The position numbers were made by a program, and so were the translations under genes. A stretch of 63,773 bases of DNA, the filler included, from Sphacelaria rigidula (taxonomy: Eukaryota), in the NCBI GenBank assembly GCA_964200075.2. It is 7 parts of 7 records of this genome, joined end to end, with 100 filler letters (N's around TTAATTAATTAA, not from the genome) between each part and the next. Parts side by side here need not be neighbours in the genome. Positions count along the whole stretch, not along the records: positions 1 to 9,026 come from CAXNAA020009479.1; positions 9,127 to 18,152 come from CAXNAA020009480.1; 5 more parts are not named here. One strand, 5' to 3'. The notes below the pieces were generated by a model. It was given only the letters and a program-made list of their open reading frames with translations, made no database searches and was not told the origin of the DNA. Shown piece by piece: positions 1-12,958 of this stretch. The first letter of the stretch is position 1. Each line of letters begins with the position of its first letter.

Positions 1-3000
1 ATTTGTCCCGTCCAAAAAATCAAACCTTACACCGCGTTAAATGGCCCAAAGTTACGTTTTTTCCCGTTTTTTTCAAATGTGTCACGTGTGTCACGTATCC
101 CTCCCTGGCTTTTTGTTTTTTTCATTTCTCTTCAGCGAGTGTTTCACTTTTGTCTTATCTCGGGTACGTCGATCATGTTTCCACGGCCGGATCCCTGGGG
201 ATGACTTCAAGTGCGACACTCGACCAATCAAAGACACACCATGCATTCGAAGGGTCCGCTGAGACGCGGCACGGGAAAACCATACAGAACACAGCGCGGA
301 AACAAAACGCTAGTCCACACCCACGCACCCTACTAGCAGTGAAATTCTAGAGAGGAGAAGATCAGCGAAAAAGTTATTAAAACCGAGTGAAGAAATGCTG
401 GCTTCAGAGAGCTTCAAAGAGCAAAATGACACCAGAAGAGACGTACTTTAAACCGAGTAAAGGCGAAATGCTGATTCCTCAGGCGTGTAGAGGGAGATGG
501 CATTTCTGTGCAGGAAAGGCAAATGACGAATATGGCAGTTGGTAGTACTCTAGAATGAAGTAACGGCGACGTGGTTGCTTCTCGGGCGTCTAGAGGAAAA
601 TGACACCTGTCTGCTGGGAAGGCGCTTGAGACAAACGACAACTGGTATAATCGCAATGTCTGCGTAAATGCGTAGATTTCAGGTTGTTTCTCGTGACTAA
701 GAACAGCTTTGAACACCACATTTTTCTCATGAGTCATTCTTCTTAAAGGGAGGTATTGATTAGCGGAAAATCCCTGGTCGACCTGAGATATCATCCAGGA
801 CGGTAGTGACGCTTTTCGGACAAAACGAAACTCGAACTGAACCGATGATGCTGACGTCAGACACTCCCTGTATCTATTTATTGTTGGCCGATCGTTGATA
901 ATCATGTGTTGGATCGTGTGAGGAAAAACTCAACATTTTCTGACTGAGGGTATGTTTTGGAAAAAAACGCTCCAAATGTACAATTTGTCTGCGAAATATG
1001 TACTGGCGGCTGAGGCGAGGATTATATATGCACGTATGCTATGTGCACCGTCGGTTATTAAACCATGTTTGAATCATGCAAATTATATAACGTACAGGGC
1101 TGAAGCTAATCACAACGATTACACGTGTTTGTACTAAATGTACTACTAGAACGGGGCTGCTGAACATTGATCACAAACGTGTACAAGATCCGTGTAGACA
1201 TTTCCATAACTCCATGCTTCTACTTAATAAACTACTGAAACAATGCTGCTGAACATCAAATTACAAGCGTAAACACGGTGCGTATTATTGACATTTCCAT
1301 AACAGTGTTTAAGTTATTCGTCTGAAGGGAGAGCTATTGTACCCGAATACTGTAGACACACATGCACATGGATGCGAGGCGGACTGCTGTCGCAGCTTCC
1401 AACACATCATGACATTCTAGCGTCTATTCTGTCCACCAGTCTGACAACGACTCCGTAGTACCGTTGTACATAATACTCACGCGTTTCATAAAACATACAC
1501 AGTATAGCACCCGTAGTATCGAGTGGCGTACTGTGGAGTTTCACAATGACCAACTTTCAAACTGGGACCGACCCGCAGAGGGCAACGCTATCTTTTATCA
1601 ACTGATGATCGATCAGGAATAGTGATCCCGCCAACAAATCAAAGAACGCAGGTCTTTGATTTGCGCTTTCGTATGCACGAATGAATGAACGCAGATCTTC
1701 GCTGAGGTGACAGTAGAGTGTCCCTCCTGGATTCGATGCCTCTCACGGTCTTGGTCGTGGGGTGGTGCTTCTTGTTTCCAACGCAGCTCACGCGCACTGG
1801 AGTGTGCCACAGTCCCACTAATGCCCATGCACAGGCCACCGTGTTAAGATTGCTGCTTATCGGATTGGGGCAGATACATCCGACCGAACAAGTCTTCCCC
1901 TGCGTCAGTACCCCTAGATTTTGCCAGAAAGTGCTGTCGATCCAAATCCATTGAAACAGACTATGTCATCAACACCTCCGGGGGAGGCCAGTCAGACGAT
2001 GGGGCGGAGGTGAGGGAAAACCGGGCACCAGTCTGGTGGTGAGGTAAGAAATGCACTACGAAATCCAACTCTTGTGGAGCAGAATAAGTGACAATATTGA
2101 ACGGAAGTGACCCTCAAGTCCGAATTTTGGTCAGCGGGCGGGCGACTTGTTGATCAAAGCCGGTACCCCAGCTTGAGCGCCCGACCAAGATTGAGTTGCT
2201 GTTTGAAAACAGGCGAAGAACTCAACTATGGGGCACGTCATATCTTCCTTGCAGCAGCGCAAACACACTCACGCCCTCTCTCATGTACTGTAGCTCTCTC
2301 GGTACTGTGATGTGATGCGGTCTTGCGAAGACGGTTTCGTCCCCGCTGGAATTGCTTGAGCTGCTGCGTTGTGTTCCACTCTGTACAAACTGATTTTAGT
2401 CGGCGTGCAATGCTGTCTTGTCGAATTTGAAAACGTCACGATGTGTCTGTGGACGTTGTTACGTCTTTCTCAACGAACGAAGATCTTCGTGCCCAGACCC
2501 ATCATACCTGTGCTGCAGCTCACACTGTGCACTAGTGTGGTGCGTTCGAACCCTGCAAAGACGGTTTTGATCTGCGCCGTGGATTGCCTGAACTGCTGTA
2601 CTCATACTTCCTCTGTCCCACAAGTAAAGCCCGTTATGGGGGATAGGCCGTACCTCGCCAACGGAGGTGCTTACGATGTCATGGCTAGGTTCGTTGAAAA
2701 TATATAGTTGTGGAAATGGCCACTGGAAAAAACAAAAACAAAAACAAAATAAGCGACCTTCAACCTTAGAATCGTTGGGTCAAACATGGCCGAATTTCAA
2801 CCAATTTTTCGCCAATCTGCACACTGTCGGCCGAATTTCAACCAATTTGGCTTGTTTTGAAGTAATTGAAGGCTGCAATGTAAACGAGTGGTTTCGGACC
2901 AGGCGTAGCTGTCGTATGCCAGCGATGAACCGGGAAAAAAGAGCCAGTTACACTTTTTTTCGCGATTTTTGCCGCATTTCGGGTTTCCAGGGTTCTTCTC

Positions 3001-4714
3001 TGTGTTATGGAAAAGGGGCGAAATATGGCCATTTTGGCGCGGACTGATCGGTTAAAAACGATCAGTACACTGAAGATTTCATATAAAATATCGCCTACGG
3101 CATTGGACACGGTTTAGGGTCCGTGTGATCATAACAGACTTTACTTACGGGACAGAGCAAGTATGTGTTCCGGTCGGTACAAAATCTCTATCGGCACGCA
3201 ATGCTGTCAACACACTGTTGAATACGTCATGGTGTGTTGAATGCGTGTGGACAAGGCGCTCCGTACCCACATCGATCATTTTTATGCTGCGGTTGTCGCT
3301 GTATTGTGGTGCATTGTAACCCTACGAACACGGCTTGACCTGCACCGGATATTGCCTGAGCTGCCGCACTGATGCTGTGTTCGGGTCTGTACAGAATTGG
3401 GGTTGGAACCAAGTGCTGCTTATACAAGTGGGAAAAGTGAGGTGATGTTTCCCTCCCCCCTCTTCCCTCGAAGGAGGGACGGAACCTCACCCAACATTCA
3501 TCCGTGAACGAGTTCGCTTACCCGTCAACGCGTTCGTGTGCCGATTACCCGGACGCTCGGCTAGACCGGCTCGCAGCAGTAATGTGGAGTATGCGCCTTG
3601 TGCGCCCGGAAAGCTTTGCTCAAGGCATCGTGGAGATCGGACCCAGTAGAACCCCCCGTTGACTTGGCGCAGTGCCTGCGCCACCCTACTCTTATGATCT
3701 TCGGCCCTAGCCTGATGGCTGTGCAGCCGCAACGTCTTCTTTGGGGGCTGTTGTACAGGCGCAAAACTCCTGCATCATGCACGCGAAGTTCATGTGTGCA
3801 ACTTCGATTTTTTTGTGTCGGACGTTTGTTCTTTGTCTCCGCTGAAAATTGCGGCAGGACAAAAATCGCGATCAAAATCGGCGTTTTCCCTGAATGGACG
3901 GCTTCCATAAGAGTTGGTCTAAGGGCGTGCCTTGTCATATTCGTTCCCGATCGAACGAAAAAGTGCGGTAGACTTGATTAGGTCATTTTTTTTCCCGTTG
4001 TGTGCGGTTTGGGTCCAAGCGAATTTGCACGCTTTAGACCGAAAAAAGACGGTGAAATTCGTGAAGCGGTACTGGTTCACTTGTTATTAGTACAGGCAGT
4101 ACATTCATGGGTGAGACTGGAGGGCCTAACGACCAAAAATCAGCGGCAAACTAAAAAAAAACAGAAGTGCGGGGGAATAATGAACACGTCAGTAGGTGGT
4201 CGCACCTGTGCCGAGGCCCCCTCGAGCAGAACGCACGCTTCATCATTTATAAACTTGGTTTACTATAGGACAGCTCTAGCACGGGAGATAGCGCGGTTCT
4301 CGACACAGGAAGCAAGCCAGCCCACGGCACTTCACACCCCCCCGCATACACACAAGATCTAGGGGATTATGTTTCACATTCTCCTGGCGTCGCGCCAGCA
4401 GCGAGAAACCCCCCTCCCAGAGCGCAAAACACCTCGTTTTTGTACGTTTGGGTCTGTTTCGGCTCAGTATCGCGCTCAAACGAAAAAGTGAAATAGGATG
4501 ACCTAGCTTGGGTGTGTGGGAAGCGCACGCAAGAAACTGCAGTCCAATCCTCTGCTTCGTCGCCGAGTTCTACGCGTTGCGCGATCGGCACTTTTGGGTT
4601 GAGGATTAGTATCTAGCGCTATTACAGGTCCAACATCGCAATTTCAAAAAAATCGGTGCGCATCTTGTTTTTTCTCGCCGCAAGTCGTCACGACATGCAG
4701 TTTGATTGCGTGTC

Positions 4715-5340
4715 GGCAGGCGCTGCTGCTTAGTTCTGTGCGGCTGCGACACAGAGGGGAATTTCGCCTTTCAACAGCGAGTATCCCTTCAAGTGTCGAA
4801 TCTCAGAGGGGTTCACAGAAGAAAGACAAAGCTAGCGGCTGCTTCGTGTCAGAGCTCCAGTGCAGAAGCCGAGACGTCTAGAGCGATTGTAGTACTTGCA
4901 CTACCATACATCTGCTGGCGACTGTTGTGATCATGTACTTAGTAATTGTCTGTTTATATATACTAATATAAGAGTGAGATGCAAACTATGCGACGGTCGA
5001 CAGCTTCGTTTTGGGCTGCATATTTTTTTCTTGCAGCGAGCAGTGTGTGACGGTGTTTCACTTCGTGGCTTGCCGCCAGGTGCTGCTTCGTTCTGTACGG
5101 CTGTGCACAATGAGCAAATTAGTCTTTCAACAGCGAGTACCCTTCATGTATTGAGTTGCAGAGGGTGACGTAACACATGAACTTCGGCTGTTGGATCTGA
5201 GGGTTCCAGCGGAGAAACCAGGACGCCAAGGGCGCTTTTTATTTTAGACTACACACTGACTATATATGAACAGGTCAGCAGAGCCACGATGTTTCAAGTG
5301 ACTGCCTGTTCATACTGAAAATAATATGTAAACCATGCGA
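4715..5340. repeat. Diverged direct duplication (~355-bp period)
   Basis: TTTCAACAGCGAGTA(T)CCCTTCA... block and downstream sequence recur at ~4769 and ~5125. Confidence 0.6.
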
Positions 5341-7367
5341 TTTACACCAACTTGCATCTTCGACCAAATGCTATTTTTTGGCACCAATGCCACGACATTT
5401 GCTTTGGTGGCGGTCCGCCATGTGCTGCTCTGTTCTGTGGGGATGTGTACAAGGGACAACCTCACTTATCATGAGTGAATGCCCTTTCACCCCTTGGCTT
5501 GTAGAGGACGAGTTCACCAATGGAACACGGCCGTCTTGTGACAGACGTTTTCGAGACAGAACCCAAGGGATGCGCGACGCTGCTGCTCATGGTATTCAAA
5601 TTTCCGTACTTTCTCGCTCTAGCACGATGTCAGGCACGCCTTTCACTGCAGATGCGTTGGTGTGTGGCGGTCACAACTGCTGCTGTTTGTCTTCTTGTCT
5701 TGTTATATTCGCAATGGTGGTAAACGTGGGGTGGCAGCTCGGGGGCGTGCGCTTCCCGAGTAGTACAGCAGCTGAACACTAGTGCACCAAGAGTTTCCAC
5801 CCACTGATCTGGAGCGAGTTATCCGGAGGAACAATATCATCTCAACACCGAGCACTCACAGGCTTGAAGATATGTACCATGTTTATAGTACATTTTATAT
5901 GAGCCAGGCCGTTGTTTCTAGGTGACGCATGTATTTTTGATTGGGATAATTCGCCTGATTACGGTCCAGTTCTTACGCATATAGCGTTCGTGATCCATTT
6001 CCCCGAAATATAGTACCCATAATCGGGCTCCAGTCTCACCCATAACAGTGCTGCGTACTGTCTCGTACGTGTGTGTGTTCCGTACAATAGGATGTGAAAA
6101 AGAAGCGCGCAACGTACAGTGCAGACACCATAGGACTGTACTCGCTGCTTACCATGTTTCAAGTTTCGTCCGTAAGTTTCATCTTGAAAATACGTGCAGA
6201 CAGCGCATTCTTTTGTCCTGGTGTATTTGTGTTCAAAAGTCATCCTCGAAACCTCGGAGCTAAACGAATTGGGGAACCGGACTAGACCCCTCTCGGTTGG
6301 GTGCCGCAAAGTGCAAGAGGTGTGATGGCGATATTCCCTATTTCGGGAGCCAAAAACCGTGTCAAATTTCTAAAAAGCGGAGAATACACCCCTCCCCCCC
6401 CCATCCCCCCTAGAAAAAACAGCCGTACGAAACGATCCAAGAAGGGATAATCAACATATCTCAAACTCGAGGCTCCTGATGTATTCGACTGTAAAGTACT
6501 GTGAAATATTCCGGGAATCTCGAGTTTGAGGTACGTCTATTAATAATAAGGGCGTTGAGGAAAGAAAAATTGTCTACCACCGTCAACTGCAACAGATCTG
6601 ATATCACACTTTGGCGAATAGGTAGTTGTGGCTGAACGGATGAAAATTTCATTGGATTTCAACCAGATGAAACCACATCAATTCGATATATTTCGCTCGG
6701 TACCGAAAAACCCAACGGTGCGTGTTACGCCGATGCCACTAAACTATGCGTCGCCCTCGAGTCTGCTGTTGTTTCTGTGCCGCGCGTCACCATCACTGCA
6801 TCTGCTTACACTGCAATGGAAATACTTTCGAAAACCGGGCTGACTCCCCTCTCCCTCCTTTCAAGCATCCCATGTGCATTCAAATTCGAGTCGTTTTTCA
6901 CCAGCTAGGTTCACCCCCTTAAGAATCCTGTCGCGCACTGCGGGACAGTGAGCGATACCATGTTATTGTACACAGACCAGTCAGCACAACAGGGTTCAGA
7001 CGTGGCTGTGAAAGGTCTGTTGCCTGTGCCTTGCCTCAGCGCACACAGTATCATACAGACAGTGGTGTCATTTCCAGCAGATGTCAAGACGAGGAACAGC
7101 TGTCAACAACACCTGTTTTGCTCGCTTCAAGTTCCTGGCCTTATCAAAACTCACCACAAACACATGTCGCAGTCGAACACTACCAGCTTGGGAACAGCGT
7201 CGGCTTCTGCCATCACTCCTGTCTTTAATGATGCAACGTGAAGATAAGGCGAAAGACGTTGATGGCCGAGCTTGGGCTGAGTGCCTGAGCGATGGATCAT
7301 GACACAATTTTGCCATCCGTGCCCGAGAAAAACTCCGCACGCTCAAACCTCCCGTCCCTGCGGTAGT

Positions 7368-7471
7368 ATGGCAAGCACCCGATCCGTGCTCCGGCTGTAC
7401 AAGAACATCCTCCGAACGCAACAATATGCGCTGCCTCCGAAGCATCGCGAGCTCGGAGATCAATATGTGAG
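7368..7471 (+). CDS. SDHAF3: First coding exon of succinate dehydrogenase assembly factor 3 (ACN9/LYR-motif family), partial
   Basis: ATG at 7368 gives MASTRSVLRLYKNILRTQQYALPPKHRELGDQYVR, matching the LYR-type LYxxILRxHxxLPxxxRxLGDxYV signature of SDHAF3/Acn9. Ends at a canonical donor AG|GTAGGT (phase 2). Remaining exons not found in this contig. Confidence 0.85.
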
Positions 7472-8378
7472 GTAGGTACCCTCATTTCGTTCGACGTCGG
7501 GCACCTCATCGGGTCGTTCGAGGTAACAACATTCCGAAATGTTGTCAATGTTCCCCCAACATGCATGAAGAAAGTACGACCAGCAAGGTATCGCAACACT
7601 CCTCTACATGTAAGCAGCACTATGGCACAGTCTCACTCCCAGTGTCGGGACATGTTGGACCGCTACTTGCACAGCGCTTTTCGACACACAATGATTCGTG
7701 TTGGGTTGAATTAGGTGACGTCTCCGAAAAAATAGTTAAGCCGCGTTGATTTCCGTATTTCGTAGATTCATCGGATGTTTTGCGAAATGGAGTGAACGGG
7801 CGACATGCAGTCTCCAAATACGGTGTTAAAGGCTGTGCGGCCACATGTGCTCTCGCTTGTGACCGAAGAATGTCAACCTCTTCATCGAAATCCCGCCTGA
7901 GTTACCATCTTTATGGAACGATTTCACGTTTGCTATACGACGTACTCTCACGCGCTTTTTTTTTTTTTAATGTGGGGGCATTTCTCGTGGGACGGGCTAT
8001 GCAATCAAAGCGGTGGTGTCCGCGAAATAAATGTACTGGGCTGATTTTCAACTAAGAATATCCCCCCGGACCGTTTTCATTCCCTTTTTTATTAGCCCGC
8101 TCCTCTTGCAGACAGAAATAATAACCCGGAAAAGTGCCTCTTTTGAAGCTTTTACGTCGTTTTACGCGTAACCCTTCGGAAACCCCCGGGCCAGGCGCCT
8201 AATTACTTCAAGCCCGACAGGAGAAAAGATGGGGACAAAAAAACCCGACGGCAACCATTTTCACGTGAGAAGGCCACAGAAAAATTCACGAGCATACGTC
8301 ATGCGCGCACCAAAAATGTCACCCCGGTGTAGTCAAATTTGTTTTGTCCAGTGAGGGACGCATTGGATCAATTTTGCA

Positions 8379-8880
8379 CAGGCACCGTAGGTAAGGTACC
8401 GTACCGAGCGTACCTCCGGTATTTACCGGGGTATCCCATACCGTGGTATGCGTAGGTATCGTAGGTATGACATTTCAAAATACCGGATTAGGCCGGTACG
8501 GTACTTATTGAAATTTCGAAATACCCTGGTATCGTTGGTATCGTAGATATGAGTTTTGAACGTACCGGATCGTGCCGGTACGGTAGGTATTGAAATTTCG
8601 ACCCTGGTATCGTAGGTATCGTAGGTATGACATTTCAAATACCGGATTGGGCGGGTACGGTAGGTGTTGAAATCTCGAAATACCGTGGTATCGCAGGTAT
8701 CGTAGGTATGACATTTCGAAATACCGGATTGGGCGGGTACGGTAGGTATTGAAGTCTCGAAATACCGTGGTATCGTAGGTATTGTAGGTATGGGCTTCGA
8801 AAATGCCGGATTGGACCGGTATCGGTAGGGTATGAGATTTCCCAAATACCTGTACCGGGTACCTGCCTTACCCTCGATAC
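8379..8880. mobile_element. Non-autonomous DNA-transposon-like element with GGTAT/ATACC subterminal repeats
   Basis: Starts CAGGCACCGTAGGTAAGG. Internal ~80-bp units built from GGTATCGTAGGTATGACATTTC..ATACCGGATT. Partial inverted match CCTTACC at ~8866. A second copy starts at 8954 and an inverted homolog lies at 45015-45275. Confidence 0.7.
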
Positions 8881-8953
8881 CGAATTCAAAACTGTCATCT
8901 GGCAGTGCGAAGCGTTCCAGATCTGGGTGCAAGTTGGGGAGTCGAAGTTCTCA

Positions 8954-9026
8954 CAGGCACCGTAGGTAAGGTACCGTACCGAGCGTACCTCCGGTATTTA
9001 CCGGGGTATCCCATACCGTGGTACGC
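8954..9026. mobile_element. Second copy of the 8379 element terminus, truncated by contig end
   Basis: Near-identical to 8379-8451. Confidence 0.75.
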
Positions 9027-9126
9027 NNNNNNNNNNNNNNNNNNNNNNNNNNNNNNNNNNNNNNNNNNNNTTAATTAATTAANNNNNNNNNNNNNNNNNN
9101 NNNNNNNNNNNNNNNNNNNNNNNNNN
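9027..9126. other. Artificial contig linker N44-TTAATTAATTAA-N44
   Basis: 100-bp spacer whose core puts stop codons in all six frames. Confidence 0.99.
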
Positions 9127-12120
9127 TTTGGATGAGATGAGGGGCTCCTAACAATTCTAATCTCAGAAATTATTTTTGCACCCCTACCGTAGCATCACTC
9201 TAGCACAACCAGTTTGACATTACGGTCACACAAGCAGTTTTGTTTTTGTGAATTTGTGAAGTATAGAGTAACAATGACATTCTTTCACCGTTGCATCCGT
9301 GATCATGCATGAGATCTAGTATGTGGTTCGCGTGCCTGAAAGCATATGGTGTACTCGGTACTAGTTGTAGCCGACAACATCTCGATAGCTCCTCCTGTGT
9401 ATTTCTTCCACAGGCAATTCGTTAACTTTCATCTGCTGGTTGATATCGCGTTCAGTAGCTTCACTTAGGCGACACGGCCATCACTACCTCATGTTTCCCC
9501 ACAGTATATAGACTCGAATAAACAGTACACGGCAGAGGTTCTTCCGCACGCATAGTCCGATATTTGATATTCGATGGTGATTCGGAACAGTTTTGTTCCC
9601 ACAGTGAAAGCACACTTCTCATGCACTGTTAGACTGAGTACAAAGTCAACGATTTCATCGAGGAGATGGTGCAGGCCGTAAACGGTCAGTACCGTCATCC
9701 CGTATAGCCATATTGTAACAGCATCACAATAAATATAAGGGTAGCATGTGGTGAAACCGAACGGTGACATCCAACCCAATGTGCGGAGACACAAGCGATC
9801 TTTTTTTCATCCAGCGGGTCTTGTCGAGTTTGAGTATATGTAGAGCAGGATACCGTGGTTCCATTTCAGCTGTATCAAACTGAAAAGTCGTGTTGTGTCG
9901 CTCCTTTCAGCTGCATCACACACCAGAAAGCACACAGCAGCTGTTGCATGGCATTGTTTAGCAAAGCAGTGTGGAGAGTCATGCAATCCTAGTATCCACC
10001 GTGACTCTACTCAATCAGGTCTACACGACAAGATTTGACCTGTCACGGCTATAAAGCAAGCATGCCGTTGTCTCATCAGACGGCGAAATCAGAGCCTACA
10101 ATAAAATTGAGAAGCTGCGTTACACAGCAGAACTCGGGCGTACAGCAGTGATGGCATCCAAGAATACAGCAAAGTGGTGTAGAGGATCATTTATTTCATC
10201 ATGGCGTCAACCGTGACGTGGTGTATAAAGCAAGCATCAAGCTGTCTCATCTCACAGCTCCTTGCACGATCAGCTTTCACATTTCGATCCTGTGCACTCA
10301 CCCGTGAGGGCAAGTTTTTATTTCAAGGCGTAAGGGAGATCACATATCACATCTAAAAACCTGCCGCATTCATATGGCAATGTGTATAGGGCGTACTCAA
10401 TGCATGGTCACCGAAAAATTGCCTCGAAGTGCGTCGTGTTTTGTGAGCGACACGAGGTAACACACCACCGAACAGTAAGGCACGATCGATGCAGGAAAAT
10501 GGTGAGTGATAACTGGTAGCATTCAAATGACAACAGTACGCCGCATCAGGATACAGGAAGATGGGGTATCAGCCTGGTTCGTGTACTGTGCAAGCGTTGT
10601 GTAATTTCATGTTTTAGTGACGGGACGCACTCAGCAGATGGCCCGTCTTCATGCCAGTTCAACAGCAACAGCCATAAAATGCACACAGATATTTGTTGTC
10701 TGCATACGACATGCCTCTTCGTCGGCACGGCTGCCTTTGTTGGGTTTTCCCGTGAAAGCACGGTCTGCAGATATTACATGAGCCAACTCGCATCACAGCC
10801 ATAGCTACTATTGACGACTGTAGCATAGTAGAGTAGAACGGGTGTCTTGCCTTCGCATGGAAACATCATTTCAAAATTTAGCTCAACAACCGAAAGATAT
10901 GGATCATGAGTGTACAAAGATCTTTCATCTGTGTACGAGCATTTGTGAGACGAAGTGCAACTTGATCTGCTGACTTGCACAGGAAGGGTGCGTACCCCCA
11001 GTACCCGCTGCGTGATATACAAAGCTAGCATCCAGGTGTCTTATGTGTACAACCGTACCTACGCGTTGTGTGCAGTAAGCCTAGAGCCGTTTCATAGCGC
11101 GGTGCGGAGACGATTTCAACATGTTGCAGCCTATCGTGCTTAAACCTTATATCCACCCTGGGACGTGGCTACTCACGGCGGGCAATTGTACTTCAAATAT
11201 CCATTATACTATAAAATACACATATAAGGCAGGGCGATCACGGCTGCAGCTCTAACATCAAACTCAGTCGTTTAGCAATAATCGCTGCTCCAACAATGTG
11301 GACACGCATGTTCGGTGGCGTAGGATAAGCACAGCAGGCAGTGACTTCAAGCACATACGGGATTGACCGAGGACACGTTCGTTCCGTGGCTCATTCACAG
11401 ACGGAAAAATTCGTCATCACATTCGGGGTTATCGTTTGAGGTGAACAACGAATGTTCATATATGGGGGCCGAAACATCACTGTGGTGTATGCGTTGTTGA
11501 AGGAGCGCATTTCGGAAAATCGCAAGAGGAGTGATCAATATGTCCCAGATGACAACAGTAGACACAGTAGTCCCGGTTGAAGAAGCGCCATGATACAAAC
11601 AGAATAGTGTTGGCCAGTGTTGGTCGTCCACATGCGTATCTCTACTGTGCGAGCCGATATCCTAGAGCGAACAAGTATCTAGTTAAGTCAAATCATGCAA
11701 AGCCAAATGCGTGATGATTAATATATATCATGCTGAATACGCAAGAGCACATTGAAAATACACCATCCTGATTGTGTACTAGTTCGTTTCTAATTACTAT
11801 CCCGACCTTCATGCATCTGCTCTTTATTTAAGTCAACCTCGTTACAGTCTCACCGTTATGTCTGACACAAGCGTAAGCTCACAGCACGTGGGTAAGCCCA
11901 ATGCAGAACGATACACGACGAGTGTCACGCTATCTTGATCATTGGAAATTCTAGGTTCAAGATCGTCGAGCAGCTTATGAAAAATTTTCGCCACTCGGAT
12001 TACTGACTCCTCGACTCAATCAAGTCGTTCACCACGAGCAATGACTCGTGTGCTCGTTTTTTTTCTTTTTTAACCACGATCATGACTCGTGTGCTCGAGT
12101 TATTTCTTTTTTCCACCACG

Positions 12121-12497
12121 CCGGTCGCCCTGGTGGCTCAGTTGGTAACCTCGAAAGCTTCTGGCGGTTCGGTCGTAGGTTTAAATGTCGGAGCGATCTT
12201 GATTTTTTTCTCACACATGCCCAACAGTGGAGAGCGGCTATGTCGTGGGTACACAGGATTCGACAGAGGGATCGACGAGGGAAAGGGACTGCCGAACCCC
12301 TCTCGCGATATTAAATAAAGGCAAGCACCGCAGAAGGAAGGTGGGTTACTGAAAACAAACAGACAAACAAACAAACAAAAACCCTGTGTTTACCTTTCTC
12401 CTGTGTGATCCCGGCTGATGCGCCCACATATACCGAAAGGTCTAGACCGGCGTCCAGAATAGATGGGACGACAACACACAACCCACAGCACAACCAC
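12121..12497 (+). mobile_element. tRNA-derived SINE, copy 1
   Basis: A-box TGGCTCAGTTGG, degenerate B-box GGTTTAAATG, a body collinear with the minus-strand copy at 43255-43655, and a decayed (CA)-rich tail. Possible target-site duplication (TSD) ACCACG. Confidence 0.85.
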
Positions 12498-12958
12498 GAT
12501 GTAGCTAGATAATACCAAGCCGTGGGTTTCAATATAACCGCATGCATGACTGGACCAGTCGCAGGGGACAGGGGATCCTGGATTGATGACCCTCATCTGT
12601 GTGGCCCCTTGCTGTCTGGCTCTTTACGTGATATGTTGAGGATCACTCCGTGATAATAAACAGTGAGAAAAAGGACTTGTCGAGCACGAGACCAGTGCTA
12701 CTGGAGGAGTCCCTCGTGGATAGTCCTTTTGTCCGGATCGTCTGGCAGAGACTACAATATCTAGATATTATTGTTCCGGCACTCTGTTAGAGGAGTTTTG
12801 GCTGAGGAGAAAAGTTGGAGAGCAGCTTAGAGCGAGTTAAGCCCACAGACAGGAGGAGACCAACCTGAAGCGTGCAGCAGAGGGGGACGCTCCGTGAGCT
12901 GGAGGACGCACAAAGTCAGGCAAGAGTCTCTCCGTGAAGTGTTTGAAGTTTAGACGAC

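Noticed and set aside
8423..8932. Repetitive ORFs (YLRYLRY / IPTIPT)
   Set aside because: Translations of the GGTAT subterminal repeats of a non-coding element.
9071..9082. TTAATTAATTAA recurring every ~9.1 kb as a biological motif
   Set aside because: Always centred in 44+44 Ns; it is a synthetic six-frame-stop linker.
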